Source: a virus. From it: 64,000 nucleotides of DNA. The translations under genes were made by a program, and so were the position numbers. Below, piece by piece: positions 60,958 to 64,000 of the stretch (position 1 is the stretch's first letter; each line of letters opens with the position of its first letter). The notes beneath the pieces are model-generated. The model had not been told where the DNA came from and did not search any database. It saw only the letters and a program-made list of their open reading frames with translations. The DNA lies in the IMG/VR virus record IMGVR_UViG_3300047550_002723, positions 10,982-74,981 of that record; one strand, given 5' to 3'.

Positions 60958-62807
60958 AGGTTATTGATGGATTTTCATTTTTTAATGAGTTTGATATTCT
61001 GAAACTTCGTCTAGAATATCTTCGTGATGTTGTTGATTACTTTGTTATTTCTGAATGTAACTATACTCATTCTGGAAATCCAAAACCATATTATTTGAAT
61101 CAAATTATTGATGACTTTGATGAAGAAATTCGTAAAAAAATTATTTCAGTTCACTACGAACCAGATATAAGTGATTATGATTTCTCAAACAAAACTGAAT
61201 GTAATTTTGAGTCTGGATTTTGGAGGTTGGAGAGAGGACAAAGAAATCATATATTAACTGCTCTTTCTCAGTTTGATGAAAATGATTTGTTTATGTTGAG
61301 TGATGCTGATGAGATACCAAGAAAAGAATTAGTTCAGTATCTTAAAACAAATCCATTACCAGACAATAATCTTGCTGTTGCTAAATGTGATAATTTCTAT
61401 TATAATTTCTCAACTTATGAGGATAATACTTGGTGTGGAACAGTATTTACGAATGTAAAAACCGCACTTGAAAAAGGAGGTGACTTTTTAAGAGGACGTT
61501 CTTACGAGTTTCCTTTCTTTGAGAATGGAGGATATCATCTTACATTTTTTGGTGGTAAAAAGCAGATACAAGAAAAGTTAAGTTCTTATGCACATCAAGA
61601 GTTTAACCAAGAAGACATTAATAACTTAAAAAATATTGAAGAGGCAATACAAAATAAAAAAGATGTTCTTCAAAGAAAACACGAAAATAAAAACTTTAAG
61701 TTCTATAACTTTTTAAGTTTTCCAGAAGATTTTAGAAATCTTATTATACAAATATTTTCAGAGGAGTTTTATGAAATGACGACAGAAGTAACAACGAAAC
61801 CAGAATATCTACACAATAATATGCCACCTCTTCTTGAGGCAGTTCTTAATCCTGATGGAGTAGGTGGTACGGAACTTATGGGTCGTGCCTGGCAGGATTA
61901 TGTCCTTCCTGCTGCTCCAGACCTTGCTGATTGGCACTGGGCAGTCATTCCAGGTGATAATACTTTGTCTCCTGATAGTTCTAATATTGTCTGGTTACAT
62001 CCTCATCATATGGAAGAGGGTATTGAACGACTTCTGGATAAAGAATTTCAAAAGCACTTCAAGGCATATGTTTTTGTTTCTAACTGGCAATATGAAAGGT
62101 TTGGTGAAAGACTTCAACTACCAATGGAGAAGTGTTATGTCTTGAAGAATGCAACGCAACCATTCCCAGTTCATAAGAAACCTGAAGGAAAACTGCAACT
62201 GATGTTCCATTCAAATCCCATTCGTGGATTGGATATTCTTCTTGAAAGTATTAAACTTATTCCAGAAGAAGACTTTGAACTTCATATCTTCCACGAACTC
62301 GACCCTGATGAAAGAAAAAAACAATTCCAACAGGGTCTTCAAACTTATGAATACTCACATATCAATCCACAGGAAGAACAGTTTCTTCGTTATTGTTTAA
62401 GTCTTGCAAATCAGGATAAGAGAGTTGTTCGTCATACACGTACTAATAACTCTAAGATTCGTGAGCAACTGATGAATACTCACATTTTTGCTTATCCAAC
62501 TTACTTTATGGAAACATCTTGTATTTGTATGATTGAGGCATTGTGTGCCGGATGCTCTGCGCTTTCTAGTAATCTTGCGGCACTTCCTGAGACTGGACTT
62601 GGTTTTGCTCGTCATTATGGTTTTATTCCTGACAGGCAAAAACACATTGAAAGATTCACAAGAGAACTTAAACGGACGATTACAGAATACCGTAATGGTG
62701 AGTTTGATAATACACAGCAAGTAGAAGTGTGTAATAAATATTATAGTTGGGAAACCAGAACACAAGACTGGATACAATTCTCGAAAGAACTTTGGAGGAA
62801 ATTTTAA
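60954..62807 (+). CDS. GT17-like N-acetylglucosaminyltransferase fused to a GT4-like domain
   Basis: FFNEFDILKLRL..VDYFVISE, SDADEIP, GGYHLTFFG; C-terminal GGTE, RGLDILL, ETSCICMIEA, ALPET. Confidence 0.75.
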   Translation: MKVIDGFSFFNEFDILKLRLEYLRDVVDYFVISECNYTHSGNPKPYYLNQIIDDFDEEIRKKIISVHYEPDISDYDFSNKTECNFESGFWRLERGQRNHILTALSQFDENDLFMLSDADEIPRKELVQYLKTNPLPDNNLAVAKCDNFYYNFSTYEDNTWCGTVFTNVKTALEKGGDFLRGRSYEFPFFENGGYHLTFFGGKKQIQEKLSSYAHQEFNQEDINNLKNIEEAIQNKKDVLQRKHENKNFKFYNFLSFPEDFRNLIIQIFSEEFYEMTTEVTTKPEYLHNNMPPLLEAVLNPDGVGGTELMGRAWQDYVLPAAPDLADWHWAVIPGDNTLSPDSSNIVWLHPHHMEEGIERLLDKEFQKHFKAYVFVSNWQYERFGERLQLPMEKCYVLKNATQPFPVHKKPEGKLQLMFHSNPIRGLDILLESIKLIPEEDFELHIFHELDPDERKKQFQQGLQTYEYSHINPQEEQFLRYCLSLANQDKRVVRHTRTNNSKIREQLMNTHIFAYPTYFMETSCICMIEALCAGCSALSSNLAALPETGLGFARHYGFIPDRQKHIERFTRELKRTITEYRNGEFDNTQQVEVCNKYYSWETRTQDWIQFSKELWRKF

Positions 62808-63169
62808 TGGAAACTACAACACTGACTTTATGTTTAGACCATCTTTACTATCTAACAGCAGATACTAATAATCAAACTGGATATACTTTAGAACAAGTTC
62901 AGGCACTTATTGATGAGAAGGGTGGAAGTTTTGAGATTGAGGCAACTATTACTCATCCAGTTCCACCTCCCTATACTGTAGAGTGGGATATTGAGCAGCA
63001 TCAAAATAGAATTCAACAAAATCAGGAATCTCTTACTCAACTTCAAAGTCAATTAACCAATCTTGAAGAAGAGACTCAAGAGTATACTCAGATTCAAGAA
63101 CAAATCTCTATCATTGAATCAGACATCACCTACTGTGAAGAGCACATTGCCAATCTACAATCTGCTTGA
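62807..63169 (+). CDS. Hypothetical coiled-coil protein
   Basis: ATG overlaps the upstream stop; SD GGAGG; Q/E-rich heptads. Confidence 0.55.
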   Translation: METTTLTLCLDHLYYLTADTNNQTGYTLEQVQALIDEKGGSFEIEATITHPVPPPYTVEWDIEQHQNRIQQNQESLTQLQSQLTNLEEETQEYTQIQEQISIIESDITYCEEHIANLQSA

Positions 63170-63299
63170 CACCTAACCCAAAGTCCTCTATAATATCAAG
63201 GTCTTCAGCATCCTTGTATCTTTGGGAATGAAGACCCTCTTCGGTGGTGTGAAGAGGTGAGTTGGTGGTTAATAGGAGGGTTTTATACCCTCCTTTTTT
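63166..63299 (+). ncRNA. Candidate stand-alone small RNA (~63200-63299) with own promoter and terminator
   Basis: TTGACA-17-TATAAT, two hairpins, terminator AGGAGGG/CCCTCCT plus T run, no credible ORF. Confidence 0.6.
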
Positions 63300-63332
63300 C
63301 TATTATAAATTACTATAAATCTTTTGTTACTT

Positions 63333-63575
63333 ATGAATTTTACAGTTTACTCAAAAGAAGATTGTCCATATTGCTATAAAGTCAAACAAGTATTAGAGTT
63401 GACAGGAAATAACTTTGTGGTTTATAATCTGAATGAGCATTTTACTAAAGAAGAATTTTATGCCGAGTTTGGTGAAGGTTCCACGTTCCCACAAGTTATT
63501 TGTGATGATAAAAAATTAGGAGGATCCGTTGACACAATCAAATTCCTCAAAGAACAACAAATCATCAAGTCCTGA
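63333..63575 (+). CDS. Glutaredoxin
   Basis: VYSKEDCPYC, TFPQV, LGG. Confidence 0.9.
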   Translation: MNFTVYSKEDCPYCYKVKQVLELTGNNFVVYNLNEHFTKEEFYAEFGEGSTFPQVICDDKKLGGSVDTIKFLKEQQIIKS

Positions 63576-63777
63576 CCTAAATAATTCAGACCACAAAAAT
63601 CGTGGTGTTGATCTTATTCTTAATGGAGGAAAAAGAAAGCAGACTCAACCATTCCATCTCATTTTTGAGAAGATAGTTTGCTTTCTGAATCGGGAAGTAA
63701 CTATCTATTTTGAATTTTCCTTAAACTCAAGGAAGAAAAAAGTAGTTTCCCGGAGAAAAAGAAATGTTAGCAGTTAG
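63529..63777 (+). CDS. Hypothetical protein (start uncertain)
   Basis: ORF track; NRGVDLILNGG. Confidence 0.45.
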   Translation: MTQSNSSKNNKSSSPDLNNSDHKNRGVDLILNGGKRKQTQPFHLIFEKIVCFLNREVTIYFEFSLNSRKKKVVSRRKRNVSS

Positions 63778-64000
63778 TTTAGTCTTAGGTTCGTTTCTAA
63801 CCATATTGTTTCTTATAGTGGGACTTGTAGTAGGTTGGGTTGCTAGAGAATACATGATGACTCATCAAGAAGGTCCAAAACAAATTGCATATCATCCAGA
63901 GTTTTATAATAAGGATGGTGATCTTATTGATGAAGAGATTGTATCTGTCAGATTTGAACCAGGATACTTTGATGATGAATTTGAAATAGAAGATGTAGAA
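63764..64000 (+). CDS. Membrane-anchored hypothetical protein (3'-truncated)
   Basis: MLAVSLVLGSFLTILFLIVGLVVGWVARE...HPEFYNKDG. Confidence 0.55.
   Translation, partial: MLAVSLVLGSFLTILFLIVGLVVGWVAREYMMTHQEGPKQIAYHPEFYNKDGDLIDEEIVSVRFEPGYFDDEFEIEDVE

Overview
This is a 64-kb segment of a large AT-rich T4-like cyanomyovirus genome, judged from psbA, hli, petF, T4-type late promoters TATAAATA and sigma70-type early promoters. From left to right it holds: (1) a lysis/cell-wall module (C39-like peptidase, GH24 endolysin, holin-like protein, tail-lysozyme-like protein) beside a minus-strand operon of small exported and basic proteins; (2) seven tRNA genes, one of which (Arg-UCU) is split in the anticodon by a 202-nt group I intron and followed by a free-standing HNH gene, interspersed with dps, an outer-membrane protein and several structured non-coding elements; (3) a ~12-kb nucleotide-sugar/glycosyltransferase island (Gmd, Fcl/ColC, His-type ColD, fucosyl-type transferases) consistent with GDP-colitose/fucose synthesis; (4) a photosynthesis module (2 hli, petF, psbA) in which psbA is split by two group I introns, the first carrying a LAGLIDADG ORF, followed by an EndoVII/F-CphI-like nuclease; (5) ~27 kb of tail-fibre/adhesin genes, including three paralogues built from 7-repeat propeller cassettes inserted in a glycine-rich scaffold; (6) a second glycosyltransferase cluster, a candidate stand-alone sRNA and a glutaredoxin. 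All calls come from reading motifs by eye; no database searches were run.
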